Counted from the stretch's first letter, positions 8,675 to 17,821 are shown. The stretch is 64,000 nucleotides of DNA from an uncultured Candidatus Saccharibacteria bacterium (GCA_964584265.1 CAZOZI010000001.1:75691-139690); one strand, 5' to 3'. Notes: generated from the letters alone by a model not told the origin. Numbers and translations: made by a program.

Positions 8675-9049
8675 ATGACACATGAAGCAAGAATTAACAG
8701 AGAATGCCCAGATGTTGGGACACGTGTGCAGCCGAAACCACGTATACATGATCATTTGCATTCGGTACTTGGGACAGAGCTACCTGGAACGTATGTTTCT
8801 TCGAGAACGACAATTGAACCTAACGCCGTTACTATATCAGACAGCGATTTAGGTATTGATATAGCTGTAATGAGAGCTGAAGCACAGATGATAGGTGGTG
8901 AAAGTCAATTGCCTGCTGCAATAGCGGCTATCCGTGCAAAGAGAATCGCTGAGCTTCATGAACTGCATGACGCCGAGCAAAGAGTCCTACAGGCACATAA
9001 TGTGACAACAAATGTACGTCCGGACAGACCACCCTACTTTGTGCGTTGA
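8675..9049 (+). CDS. Hypothetical protein (124 aa)
   Basis: ORF with AAGGAG SD at 8660-8665. No recognisable domain. Confidence 0.5.
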   Translation: MTHEARINRECPDVGTRVQPKPRIHDHLHSVLGTELPGTYVSSRTTIEPNAVTISDSDLGIDIAVMRAEAQMIGGESQLPAAIAAIRAKRIAELHELHDAEQRVLQAHNVTTNVRPDRPPYFVR

Positions 9050-9123
9050 AATGATTGATCTTCTACATTTTGTGCTATCAAGGAACTCTTTGAGGAACCA
9101 AGATAGGCTATAATGAAACAAAT

Positions 9124-10155
9124 ATGAGCAAACCAGTTATCTTAACCGGTCTTAGAGCTAATAATGACCTTCACCTTGGGAACTATCTTGGAGCATTGCT
9201 TCCTATTGTCGACATGGCCAATAGCAAAGCAGGAACTTATCAGATTAATTTATTTGTTCCAGACCTTCATAGCTTTACCACACCAATTGATCACAACAAG
9301 CTCTATAAACAAGTCCTCGACAACGTTAAGATATTTATTGCCGCTGGGCTAAATATTAGTCATGAAGATGTACTTGTTTACCGCCAAAGTTTTATACCAG
9401 CCCATTCTGAGCTAACTTGGATATTAGATTGTTCCACCGGTATGGGTGAACTCTCTCGCATGACGCAGTTTAAGGAAAAGTCATATAAAGAAAACGAAGC
9501 CAAGACTGACGCTGATAGAATTAGTGTGGGATTATTCAATTACCCGGTGCTCATGGCTGCTGATATTCTACTCTACAGCGCCTCCTATATACCTGTGGGT
9601 GATGATCAGACGCAACACCTAGAGTTTACCCGAGACATTGCTCAGCGCATGAACAAACAGTTCGGTGAACTATTCGTTGTACCTAAACCTGTTGCTGACC
9701 AGCACCGTTTCTTTGGCAAAGATCAAGGCTTGCGCATTCGTGATTTGCTTGATCCAACTAAAAAAATGAGCAAAAGCGATGAAACCGGTAAGGGAGTCGT
9801 CTTTTTAAACGATAGCCCAGATGAAGCCCGTAAGAAAATAATGTCTGCTACAACCGATTCGGTGGGTAAAATCAACTACGATTACCAAAAACAACCTGGC
9901 ATCAGTAATTTGCTCGATATTCTAAAGCTACTTGATGAAGATCCTGCGGAATTCATTGGTCAAACACAATATGGCCCATTGAAAGAAGCTGTAGCTAATA
10001 AGATTGCTACTTTTCTTGAAGACTTCCAAAAACGTTTGCAAAAGGTAGATATGCATATAGTTACGCAAAAACTTGAGACTAGCGAGGAAGCTATGAATAA
10101 ACAAGCCAATGAAACGCTTCATAGAGTCCAAAAAGCCATTGGTTTACGCAAATAA
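9124..10155 (+). CDS. trpS: Tryptophan--tRNA ligase
   Basis: 343 aa class I aaRS. HIGH-type motif DLHLGNYLGAL and KMSKS motif (KKMSKSD). Size and motif context match TrpRS. Confidence 0.9.
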   Translation: MSKPVILTGLRANNDLHLGNYLGALLPIVDMANSKAGTYQINLFVPDLHSFTTPIDHNKLYKQVLDNVKIFIAAGLNISHEDVLVYRQSFIPAHSELTWILDCSTGMGELSRMTQFKEKSYKENEAKTDADRISVGLFNYPVLMAADILLYSASYIPVGDDQTQHLEFTRDIAQRMNKQFGELFVVPKPVADQHRFFGKDQGLRIRDLLDPTKKMSKSDETGKGVVFLNDSPDEARKKIMSATTDSVGKINYDYQKQPGISNLLDILKLLDEDPAEFIGQTQYGPLKEAVANKIATFLEDFQKRLQKVDMHIVTQKLETSEEAMNKQANETLHRVQKAIGLRK

Positions 10156-10159
10156 GCTT

Positions 10160-11161
10160 ATGAGGTTAGACCAATACGTTCTGGACAAGAATCCAAGCTT
10201 GAGCCGTTCCTACGTTTCAAGGCTCATAATTGATGGGCAAGTCTTAGTAAATGGTCAACCAAACAAGCCTGGTTACCGTATCCGAGAACACGACAAAGTA
10301 AAATTGCAGTTCGATCTTGCCAGTTTACAAGAAATAGCCGACATTGACTTGCCAATTCTATATGAAGATAAAAACATATTAGTAGTTAATAAACCGGTTG
10401 GAGTTATAAGTCACAGTCGGAGTAAATATTGGAACGAGCCTTCGGTTTCGTCATTTCTCAGACAGCACATCTATGGTAACCCAAACGTTGTGCGTTTGGA
10501 TGAGTTGCAAGGCGAAGCCGAGCAGCGGACTGAGTCGTATCGGGAATACGATGAAGGAGCAGCTAAGGCTTCAACGCGGCAAATCGCCAAAAGTGCCAAC
10601 AGAGTGGCTAGCTCTACTAGACAGCAGGCTGGCACGGCGCACATGTTTGGAGAGCGAGCAGGCATAGTACATCGTTTAGACCGCGCTACTAGCGGTGTCA
10701 TGATTTGTGCTAAAAATATTGAGACACTCAAGTGGCTACAGAAGCAGTTTAGCAGCCGAAAGGTGATTAAAACTTATATAGCCGTCGTTGGCGGCACACT
10801 AAAAGAGCAAGAAGCAGTGATTGATATGCCAATTGAGCGCAATCCTAAGGCGCCGGCAACTTTCAGGGCCAATGTTAGTGGTAAACAAGCCCAAACTAAA
10901 TATAGAGTGTTGCAAGCAAACAGCAAGCATAGCCTGTTAGAACTGCAGCCACTGACTGGTCGAACCCATCAACTCAGAGTTCATCTGGAGAAGATTGGGC
11001 ACCCTATTGTTGGCGACAATTTATATGGTGGTGAAGAAGCCAATCGGCTGTTTCTCCACGCGTTGAGCCTTAAAGTAAGTCTTCCTGATGGTGTTTCTAA
11101 TACGTTTGAGGCACCATTGCCCAAAGAATTTGAAATGTTTATGGAAAAGTCGCATGGATGA
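10160..11161 (+). CDS. rluD: RluA/RluD-family pseudouridine synthase with S4 domain and an internal ~60-aa insertion
   Basis: ATG at 10160 (MRLDQYV); the track start at 10109 overlaps trpS. S4 domain SRSYVSRLIIDGQVLVNG. Catalytic HRLDRATSG and C-terminal GRTHQLRVH motifs. Confidence 0.85.
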   Translation: MRLDQYVLDKNPSLSRSYVSRLIIDGQVLVNGQPNKPGYRIREHDKVKLQFDLASLQEIADIDLPILYEDKNILVVNKPVGVISHSRSKYWNEPSVSSFLRQHIYGNPNVVRLDELQGEAEQRTESYREYDEGAAKASTRQIAKSANRVASSTRQQAGTAHMFGERAGIVHRLDRATSGVMICAKNIETLKWLQKQFSSRKVIKTYIAVVGGTLKEQEAVIDMPIERNPKAPATFRANVSGKQAQTKYRVLQANSKHSLLELQPLTGRTHQLRVHLEKIGHPIVGDNLYGGEEANRLFLHALSLKVSLPDGVSNTFEAPLPKEFEMFMEKSHG

Positions 11162-12029
11162 TTTATTACTTCATCCTACGACCAAGCAGCAGCTAGGACG
11201 CTTTATTGCTAAACCCTCACATGCTCTTATGTTGCTTGCGCCAGATGGCAGCGGCAAACAACATGTTGCTGAAGTTTTGACTAGAACAATACTTGGTATA
11301 GAGCTGAACAAACAGTTACGTCAGCAACCAAGCGTCATATATATTGAACCGCAGAATAACGTCATTTCGATTGACGTTATTAGAGAGCTACAAACAAAAC
11401 TACATCTAAGGACTGTCGGGAAAAGCCCAATTCGTAGAGTAGTTATTATAGAAGCTGCCCACACAATGACGATCGAAGCTCAGAATGCCTTGCTAAAAAT
11501 GCTGGAGGAACCACCCGAGGACACCATTTTTATCCTCACTGCGCGCTCAAACAGGAGCGTTTTGCCCACAGTTTATTCTCGCACACAGCACATTGAGCTT
11601 AAATTGCCTTCACAATCAGACGTAAGCACGCATTTTGCTAAGCAAGGTTCGTCAGATGCAAAACTCTCATCTGTCCTACGCCTTAGCGGTGGTCGGCTCG
11701 GACTCACGCAAACTCTTTTAAATGACGAGCAAGATAGCTCAATCCAAGATAATATAACCCATGTTCGCCAAATCCTTGGGATGTCGTTATTTCATAGATT
11801 GCAGGAGATTGATGAGTGGTTGGGATCAAGCGATACTTTAGCCGGTAGGCTGGATGCCCTGATGCGTATGTGCCAAGCGGGTATGTCCCAAGCAATAGAG
11901 AAAGAAAATACGGAATTGACCAAGCGCTGGCAGCGTTACTATCAGTCGTCCTACAACGCGATAGATCAATTACAATATAACCCTAACCGTAAACTGCTGC
12001 TTACCCATCTGTTTATGCAGTTACGCTGA
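11154..12029 (+). CDS. holB: DNA polymerase III subunit delta'
   Basis: ATG at 11154 (MDDLLLHP). AAA+-like LLAPDGSGKQHVA plus the LLKMLEEPPEDTIFIL and TVYSRTQ motifs of clamp-loader subunits. Confidence 0.8.
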   Translation: MDDLLLHPTTKQQLGRFIAKPSHALMLLAPDGSGKQHVAEVLTRTILGIELNKQLRQQPSVIYIEPQNNVISIDVIRELQTKLHLRTVGKSPIRRVVIIEAAHTMTIEAQNALLKMLEEPPEDTIFILTARSNRSVLPTVYSRTQHIELKLPSQSDVSTHFAKQGSSDAKLSSVLRLSGGRLGLTQTLLNDEQDSSIQDNITHVRQILGMSLFHRLQEIDEWLGSSDTLAGRLDALMRMCQAGMSQAIEKENTELTKRWQRYYQSSYNAIDQLQYNPNRKLLLTHLFMQLR

Positions 12030-12049
12030 ACTGATATAATGGTGCTCAT

Positions 12050-12703
12050 ATGTTAGAACTGGCATTGGTTGGCTTTTTTGGCTTATTGACACTTTGGGGT
12101 GCCAAATTCCGCAGCGAGGAATTATCTCCATTACCCAGAAAAATTAGCGATAAGTTAGGCAAACTGTGGGATATTGCTCACCAAGGCATGCGTGAAAATC
12201 GTTTCTTAAGAGCAGAGAAGGCGCTGCTGACTATCCTTAAAATTGATCAAAAGAATGCAGCTGCTTACAACCGCTTGGGTATCCTCTATGCCAAACAAAA
12301 AGAATATAAAGACGCGATTGATTGTTTTGAAATTGCTTCTTCGATTGAACCCACAGCCTCCAGCCTACACAACTTAGGGCTTATCTACTACGAAACAGAG
12401 AATTATGAAAAGGCTGCTACGGCTTTCGAGCAAGCCCTAAAGCTTGAAGATAATTTAGCAGCACGACACGTTGCCTATGCAAAAGTCCAGGAACGCCTTG
12501 GTAACGATAAGTTAATGTTTGAAGGACTAGAGAAAGCGGCTGAGCTTGAACCGAACCCTGAAACGTATAATTTGCTATTGAAAGCCTATGAAAACCATGA
12601 AATGGCGGCCGAAGCCGACCTAATACGCCAGAAACTCAATAAACTGATTGTACCTTCTGGTCGACCCAAGCGCATTCTGCGCCCTAAACGCGTGATTATC
12701 TAA
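12050..12703 (+). CDS. TPR-repeat protein with N-terminal membrane anchor
   Basis: 217 aa. Repeated TPR signatures (AAAYNRLGILYAKQKEYKDAIDCFEIA; LHNLGLIYYETENYEKAATAFEQALKLE). Confidence 0.75.
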   Translation: MLELALVGFFGLLTLWGAKFRSEELSPLPRKISDKLGKLWDIAHQGMRENRFLRAEKALLTILKIDQKNAAAYNRLGILYAKQKEYKDAIDCFEIASSIEPTASSLHNLGLIYYETENYEKAATAFEQALKLEDNLAARHVAYAKVQERLGNDKLMFEGLEKAAELEPNPETYNLLLKAYENHEMAAEADLIRQKLNKLIVPSGRPKRILRPKRVII

Positions 12704-12706
12704 AAT

Positions 12707-14926
12707 TTGATGAAACTTACGCAGAGCAGGTTGAGTAACCGCACGTATATGTTTATGTGGCAGGTCGCCTTTTTGCTACTAGGAACTAGTTGGTTGTGGG
12801 CACCACATCTCAACAAACTACTTTCTCCACGCACTGCGCTCATTAGTCAGTATGAGATGCCTTTGCAGCCCTTTTCATGGCTATTTCGGCTGTCTGATCT
12901 GCTAAGTGCTTCCTTATTGCTCTTTATCACGTATATAAGCTACAAACTTAAGAGAAATAAGACTGTAATGGTGCTGTTGCTATTGATTGGTATTGGTATG
13001 CTCCTGGATCCCGTATTAACTACCAGTTGCCATGTGAGTGCTGCCAGTTGCCAAGAATATTTCTCACTTAACTTCTTCCTGCATGCGTCAGAAACAGTCT
13101 TAACGGCAACTTCATTGATGTTGCTCAGCCTGTACGACATTTACAAGAGAAAGAGAGTGGTTTCACTTTTGTTTGTGGCGTTTCAGATCGCTTATGGGCT
13201 TTTGTTTATATCGCAATTGGCAGACCAGCAACACTTCAATACTTTTTCGCAGTTTTTATACCAAACAATAATCATCCTATGGTTAGCTTGGTTTGTTCGA
13301 GATTTTTTATTAGATCGCAATGTTCGCCCCAAGCTCAGGGAATCTAGTATCGTTAAGTCTCTTGCCGCCACCGCCGCGTACATCGGCGGTATTACTTCTA
13401 TACTTGCTAGTCTGGCACATATTCATTTGTTAGGCAGGATACGTAACTTTTATTTTGGAGGCGATACAGCTTGGCTGGCTCAACATAGCGTAATTATTGG
13501 TATCGTTATGCTCTACTTAGCTCGCCACTTGGCACGAGGTGAGCTACGCGCGCGCCAAATCTTTCTAGCAATTGCCGGTCTTGAAACACTCAAATATTCA
13601 GTAATAGCACCCCATCCTTCGCTTATGGTTTTCTACTTAATAGTTTTTATTACATTATTTCTAGCCAAGGACGATTTCAAGCGAGGAACTGTACCAATGA
13701 CTTGGGATGTGCGGCTTAAAGACCTCGTATATATGTTTATTTCATTAAGCGCTACGTTGTTAGTAGCACTTATTGTTCTCGACAGGGATAACCGTACTGC
13801 TTTAGCCACAAGCCGTGCTTTTGATCACTTTTTCGATTATGCTGCAACTAACCCCGTAGTGATGCGCACTCACCTCCCTAGTATCCTTCTAGCACATACT
13901 GCGTCAGTATTTCTAATGCTCAGCGTTGCCACCGGACTTTATATCCTCTTTCGTCCCTATAATAGAGTCGTAAAGAACACTGCTGCATCAAAAGATAGAA
14001 TTGAACAAGCTTTGCGGCGATACTCGAATTCATCAGAGGACTGCTTTAAGCTCTGGCCAAACGACAAGGAATATTTTTTTGGTGATTCAGAGGACGGCTT
14101 TATCGCATATAAAGTAGTAGGTTCCATTGCATTTGCACTTACCGACCCCATGGCCAAAGAGCGCAGTAAACTCATTGCCCAATTTATAGCCTGGTGTGGA
14201 GCGCATCGTTTGCGTGCTTGTTTTTTACCTATTAGCAAACAAAGCTTAACCATGTATAAACAACAGAGTCTGAAAACGCTGGATATTGGAGCAAGTGCCT
14301 TGATTAATATACGAAACTTCGTCAACACTACTAGTAATGATAAATGGTGGCGCTGGCAGAAGAATCGCGCCGCCAAAAACAACTACATTTATAAACACGC
14401 AATTCCTCCGCACAACCAGGACTTGTTAAAACAATTTCGTCGTGTCTCCGACAGCTGGCTTACAATAAATGATCATAAAGAAAGAGGCTTCGCACTAGGC
14501 TATTTTAAAGAGGAGTACATACAGAAGTGCATTATTAATTACCTTGAAACTAAAGATGGTCGTGTGTGCGCTTTCGTGAACGAATTGCCGCAGTTCAAAA
14601 GCAGCAATGTATTGGCAATTGACTTACTACGCTATCACGCTGATAGTCCTTCTGCGATGCCATATTTGCTTTATAAAACCATTGAGGCAAATCAGGATAA
14701 TTACACCGAATTTGATTTAGGTTTTGTCCCATTCGCACAAACTAAAAGCTCTGTCTTATCTGTCGCGCGTGCACTGGCGGGCAATCGTTTCTCGTCCAAA
14801 GGGCTTGAACAATTCAAAAATAAGTTTGACCCAGTATGGTATCCAATGTATCTGGCTTACGATGGTGATCTGGGAGACTTGACGTTGATTGCCCTCAAAC
14901 TTGAAGATGCTACGAAGGTAATGTAG
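12707..14926 (+). CDS. MprF/LysX-like aminoacyl-phosphatidylglycerol synthase (polytopic N-domain + DUF2156-type C-domain)
   Basis: 739 aa. About 12 hydrophobic segments in the N-terminal part. The C-terminal part parallels the MprF synthase domain (YFFGDSEDGFIAYKVVGSIAFALTDP ... KERGFALGYF ... IDLLRYHADSPSAMPYLL ... FDLGFVPF). Confidence 0.65.
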   Translation: MMKLTQSRLSNRTYMFMWQVAFLLLGTSWLWAPHLNKLLSPRTALISQYEMPLQPFSWLFRLSDLLSASLLLFITYISYKLKRNKTVMVLLLLIGIGMLLDPVLTTSCHVSAASCQEYFSLNFFLHASETVLTATSLMLLSLYDIYKRKRVVSLLFVAFQIAYGLLFISQLADQQHFNTFSQFLYQTIIILWLAWFVRDFLLDRNVRPKLRESSIVKSLAATAAYIGGITSILASLAHIHLLGRIRNFYFGGDTAWLAQHSVIIGIVMLYLARHLARGELRARQIFLAIAGLETLKYSVIAPHPSLMVFYLIVFITLFLAKDDFKRGTVPMTWDVRLKDLVYMFISLSATLLVALIVLDRDNRTALATSRAFDHFFDYAATNPVVMRTHLPSILLAHTASVFLMLSVATGLYILFRPYNRVVKNTAASKDRIEQALRRYSNSSEDCFKLWPNDKEYFFGDSEDGFIAYKVVGSIAFALTDPMAKERSKLIAQFIAWCGAHRLRACFLPISKQSLTMYKQQSLKTLDIGASALINIRNFVNTTSNDKWWRWQKNRAAKNNYIYKHAIPPHNQDLLKQFRRVSDSWLTINDHKERGFALGYFKEEYIQKCIINYLETKDGRVCAFVNELPQFKSSNVLAIDLLRYHADSPSAMPYLLYKTIEANQDNYTEFDLGFVPFAQTKSSVLSVARALAGNRFSSKGLEQFKNKFDPVWYPMYLAYDGDLGDLTLIALKLEDATKVM

Positions 14927-14949
14927 TTAGATACGTCTTAATGATTACT

Positions 14950-15036
14950 TGGTGCAGGGAGAGGGATTCGAACCCCCGTAGGCATAAAGCCAGCTGATTT
15001 ACAGTCAGCCCTCGTTGGCCGCTTGAGTATCCCTGC
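14950..15036 (-). tRNA. tRNA-Tyr (GUA)
   Basis: The reverse complement folds as a cloverleaf: acceptor GCAGGGA/UCCCUGC, anticodon loop CUGUAAA, long variable arm, T-loop GGUUCGAAUCC, encoded CCA. Confidence 0.9.
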
Positions 15037-15043
15037 ATGCAAA

Positions 15044-15118
<75 letters not shown>

Positions 15119-15155
15119 ATTATAACCGCTCAATGGTAGCAAATCTAACCTGTTT

Positions 15156-15674
15156 TTGCCATCTACCCATAAAATAGCTTATGCCTTGTGCATTATTACC
15201 CTATCAGCTACAATGCATTTAAGCGAAGAGGGAATAACTGCGCAAAGAAAAAAAATGGCTATTTATGCTCCCGAAGATGGAATTGAACAACTAAACTTAG
15301 GTTTTGATACTCCTCGTAAAACAAACATCCCTGAACGGGGCATACCTCTTGGTGAAATACGTATAACTCCACGTCACGAATACCCCTACAATTGGGTTCA
15401 GTTGGTATCACGTGGTGTAACAATTGCCGTTCGAAATTCATCCTTATTCGGAGTAGAGGAAACAGTTCGTGCTTTTCTGAGTTCTGCCTCAGAGCGCTTA
15501 ATGCACGACACTAACGTTACTGATCAAACGAAAACTAGAGCAGCGCTCTTTGGTCTAGAAATAGAAGATGTATTAGCCGAATCTGTGATTGAACCCTTGC
15601 CACCAGAAAGGGCAACAACATATGACAACCAGCACAGCAGTGACGTAATTATTCAGAGCATCAGGACAGGTTGA
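15156..15674 (+). CDS. Hypothetical protein (start uncertain; ATG at 15256 also possible)
   Basis: 172-aa ORF with a TTG start in the track. No convincing SD for any candidate start and no recognisable domain. Confidence 0.4.
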   Translation: MPSTHKIAYALCIITLSATMHLSEEGITAQRKKMAIYAPEDGIEQLNLGFDTPRKTNIPERGIPLGEIRITPRHEYPYNWVQLVSRGVTIAVRNSSLFGVEETVRAFLSSASERLMHDTNVTDQTKTRAALFGLEIEDVLAESVIEPLPPERATTYDNQHSSDVIIQSIRTG

Positions 15675-15727
15675 CACCTATCGCCCTGCACAAGAAGACG
15701 GTAATCTGCTAAAATCCGAGTGCCTAT

Positions 15728-15803
15728 GCCGACGTAGCTCAGTGGACAGAGCGGCTGTTTTGTAAACAGCGGGTCGTGGGTTCGACTCCCTCCGTCGGCT
15801 CCA
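15728..15803 (+). tRNA. tRNA-Thr (UGU)
   Basis: GCCGACGUAGCUCAGUGGACAGAGC, anticodon stem-loop GCUGU-UUUGUAA-ACAGC, T-loop UUCGACU, acceptor CGUCGGC-U-CCA. One U-U mismatch in the T stem. Confidence 0.85.
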
Positions 15804-15850
15804 GAATTGATTAATCAGTTTATATCTGTTAAACTCCTTTGGTTAAGAAA

Positions 15851-15925
15851 GGAAAAGAGAGCCGGAGCGTCGGATTCATTCCGAGCACCGCGCGATGAGA
15901 AAAACCGTAGGTTTGTCTCATAAGC
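15851..15925 (+). promoter_or_regulatory. Structured 5' leader motif, copy B (upstream of rpmG)
   Basis: Gap-free 75-nt match (64/75) to 7607-7681. Hairpin 1 is 15870-15884 (UCGGA/UCCGA). Hairpin 2 is 15895-15921 (AUGAGA/UCUCAU). The rpmG ATG lies 13 nt downstream. Confidence 0.5.
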
Positions 15926-15938
15926 GAAGCGTAATATT

Positions 15939-16142
15939 ATGGCTAAAAAAAGCGACAAACGCAGAATTGTGGGACTGGTGAGCGAAGAAGGTGGCCACCG
16001 GCATTATTACACTATGAAAAACACCGTTAATACTCCCGATAAGCTAAGATTGCGTAAATACGATCCACTTACCAGAAAACACATATGGTATTCCGAAACC
16101 AAGAAGAACCTTGGTCGCAACGAAGTGAAACCCAAAAAATAG
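15939..16142 (+). CDS. rpmG: 50S ribosomal protein L33
   Basis: 67 aa. MAKKSDKRRIVGLVSEEGGHRHYYTMKNTVNTPDKLRLRKYDPLTRKHIWYSE fits the L33 pattern, in the form lacking the Cys zinc-ribbon residues. Confidence 0.9.
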   Translation: MAKKSDKRRIVGLVSEEGGHRHYYTMKNTVNTPDKLRLRKYDPLTRKHIWYSETKKNLGRNEVKPKK

Positions 16143-16195
16143 TCATCCTAGACTACAATACTTGTAAAAGGTTACAATAAACCTCGTTCTGTCTT

Positions 16196-16272
16196 AGGGG
16201 TGTAGCTCAGCTGGCTAGAGCGACGGTCTCCAAAACCGTAGGTCGGGGGTTCAAGTCCCTCCACCCCTGCCA
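16196..16272 (+). tRNA. tRNA-Trp (CCA)
   Basis: Acceptor AGGGGUG/CACCCCU, anticodon stem-loop ACGGU-CUCCAAA-ACCGU, T-arm GGGGG-UUCAAGU-CCCUC, discriminator G, encoded CCA. Confidence 0.9.
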
Positions 16273-16356
16273 AAATATAATGTTCACTTCTGTGAAGTAT
16301 ATATTTTGTAAAGTGGCAGATTTGAATCGCCGAGGCGGGTTAGCCCTGCGTAAAAC

Positions 16357-16374
16357 CAGAGCGCTGTCCCTCCA
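16357..16374. repeat. 18-bp direct repeat of the tRNA-Trp 3' end (GTCCCTCCACCCCTGCCA)
   Basis: Exact copy of 16255-16272, located 84 bp downstream of the tRNA. Confidence 0.85.
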
Positions 16375-16424
16375 CCCCTGCCACTACCTTGCGAATTAAC
16401 TGAAATATTGGTATAAAAGTACTA

Positions 16425-17093
16425 TTGATGCCTAAGATATTGCTCACTAAGCCTAGTCTAATTATGCTCTACGGTTTCCCTGGAGCCGGGAAGACTCATT
16501 TTGCACGACAACTTTGCGAGCAGATGCAAGCTGCACATATTCAAAGTGACCGAATTCGCAGTGAGCTGTTTGAAAAGCCACGCTATGATAAACGTGAGGA
16601 TGATGTAGTTTCGCATCTTATGGACTATATAACCGAAGAATTACTAAATACTGGTGTTAGTGTTGTCTATGACACCAATGCAAAGCGTTTTGGCCAACGG
16701 CGTACACTGCGTGATAAAGCTCGTAAATCCAAAGCCGAACCAATTCTAATTTGGCTGCAAATTGACCCCGAGACAGCCCTTCAACGTGTTCTAAAGCGTG
16801 ATAAGCGCAAAGTTGACGACAAATATGCTATTACATTGACGCAAGAGAACTTTGAAAGTTATACCAAGAGCATGCAAAACCCTAGCACCGCAGAAGATTA
16901 TATAGTTATTAGCGGCAAGCACACCTTTAATACACAACGAAACGCTGTATTAAAACGGCTTTATGAAACAGGTATGATTTCGGCCGATAATGCCCAGTCT
17001 AATGTCGTAAAACCTGAGCTCGTTAACCTTGTGCCTAAACGGTTAGAGTCTGGCCGTGTTGACCTGGCAAGGCGTAACATTACAATTCGTTAA
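16425..17093 (+). CDS. P-loop ATPase / predicted kinase (AAA_33-like)
   Basis: 222 aa. Walker A YGFPGAGKTHFARQL. Overall layout resembles the second copy at 62380-62910. Confidence 0.7.
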   Translation: MMPKILLTKPSLIMLYGFPGAGKTHFARQLCEQMQAAHIQSDRIRSELFEKPRYDKREDDVVSHLMDYITEELLNTGVSVVYDTNAKRFGQRRTLRDKARKSKAEPILIWLQIDPETALQRVLKRDKRKVDDKYAITLTQENFESYTKSMQNPSTAEDYIVISGKHTFNTQRNAVLKRLYETGMISADNAQSNVVKPELVNLVPKRLESGRVDLARRNITIR

Positions 17094-17095
17094 AA

Positions 17096-17800
17096 ATGTC
17101 TGTAATAATCATTGATGTTCCCGGTGTTGGTCCGGTCGCGTTTTACAAGCGCCGGGGCACTCGTAATATGCGCATAACGCTGAGCCCTCAAGGCAACATT
17201 AAAGTCAGCATGCCTGCGTGGGCACCTTATCGTCTAGCCATTGACTTTGTAAAACGCAAAGAACCCTGGGTGCAAGAACACCGCGCGGTACCACAACTTT
17301 TAAAAAACGGTCAGACTATAGGCAAAGCCCATCACATTGTATTTGCAACTAATAACAATACCACCAAGGCAAAAAATCGTTTAACCGGTAACACTATTCA
17401 CGTTATGCACAGCCCAGAACTAACTGAGGCTGATGCTTCGGTTCAAGGATCAGCCCAACGAGGTGCCTTAAAGGCGCTACAACTAGAAGCTGAAGCGCTA
17501 CTGCCTCAACGTTTGCAGAACTTGGCCAGACAGCACAACTTAACGTATAGCAATGTACGCATTAAACATCTGCGGTCAAAATGGGGGAGCTGTTCGCATG
17601 AGAAGGAGATTACACTTAATTCCTACCTAATGACACTACCATGGGATTTGATTGACTATGTACTTGTACATGAGCTTGTTCATACCAAAGTACTACGGCA
17701 CGGCAAACCCTTTTGGGGTGAGATGGAAAAACAACTAGTTGATGCGCAAGCCTTAAGAAAACGTTTGCGCAACCACCAACCTACGTTTCATACGGTATAG
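17096..17800 (+). CDS. YgjP/DUF45-family metal-dependent hydrolase
   Basis: 234 aa. KWGSCSHEKEITLNSYL followed by the zinc motif HELVH, characteristic of the DUF45/SprT-like fold. Confidence 0.75.
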   Translation: MSVIIIDVPGVGPVAFYKRRGTRNMRITLSPQGNIKVSMPAWAPYRLAIDFVKRKEPWVQEHRAVPQLLKNGQTIGKAHHIVFATNNNTTKAKNRLTGNTIHVMHSPELTEADASVQGSAQRGALKALQLEAEALLPQRLQNLARQHNLTYSNVRIKHLRSKWGSCSHEKEITLNSYLMTLPWDLIDYVLVHELVHTKVLRHGKPFWGEMEKQLVDAQALRKRLRNHQPTFHTV

Positions 17801-17821
17801 TTATTGTGCTTATGGCATAAT

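Noticed and set aside
9050-9123. I looked for T-box leaders upstream of trpS (9050-9123) and cysS (35050-35138).
   Set aside because: The spacers are only about 75-90 nt, with no specifier hairpin or T-box sequence. They are too short for a T-box riboswitch.
16312-16376. A 65-nt segment closed by a perfect 7-bp stem (GTGGCAG/CTGCCAC) that contains the tRNA-Trp 3' fragment. I considered a second tRNA or tRNA-like gene on either strand.
   Set aside because: No D, anticodon or T arms can be drawn on either strand. The T-stem partner for CCCUC is missing. I interpret it as a partial duplication (att-like scar), not a gene.
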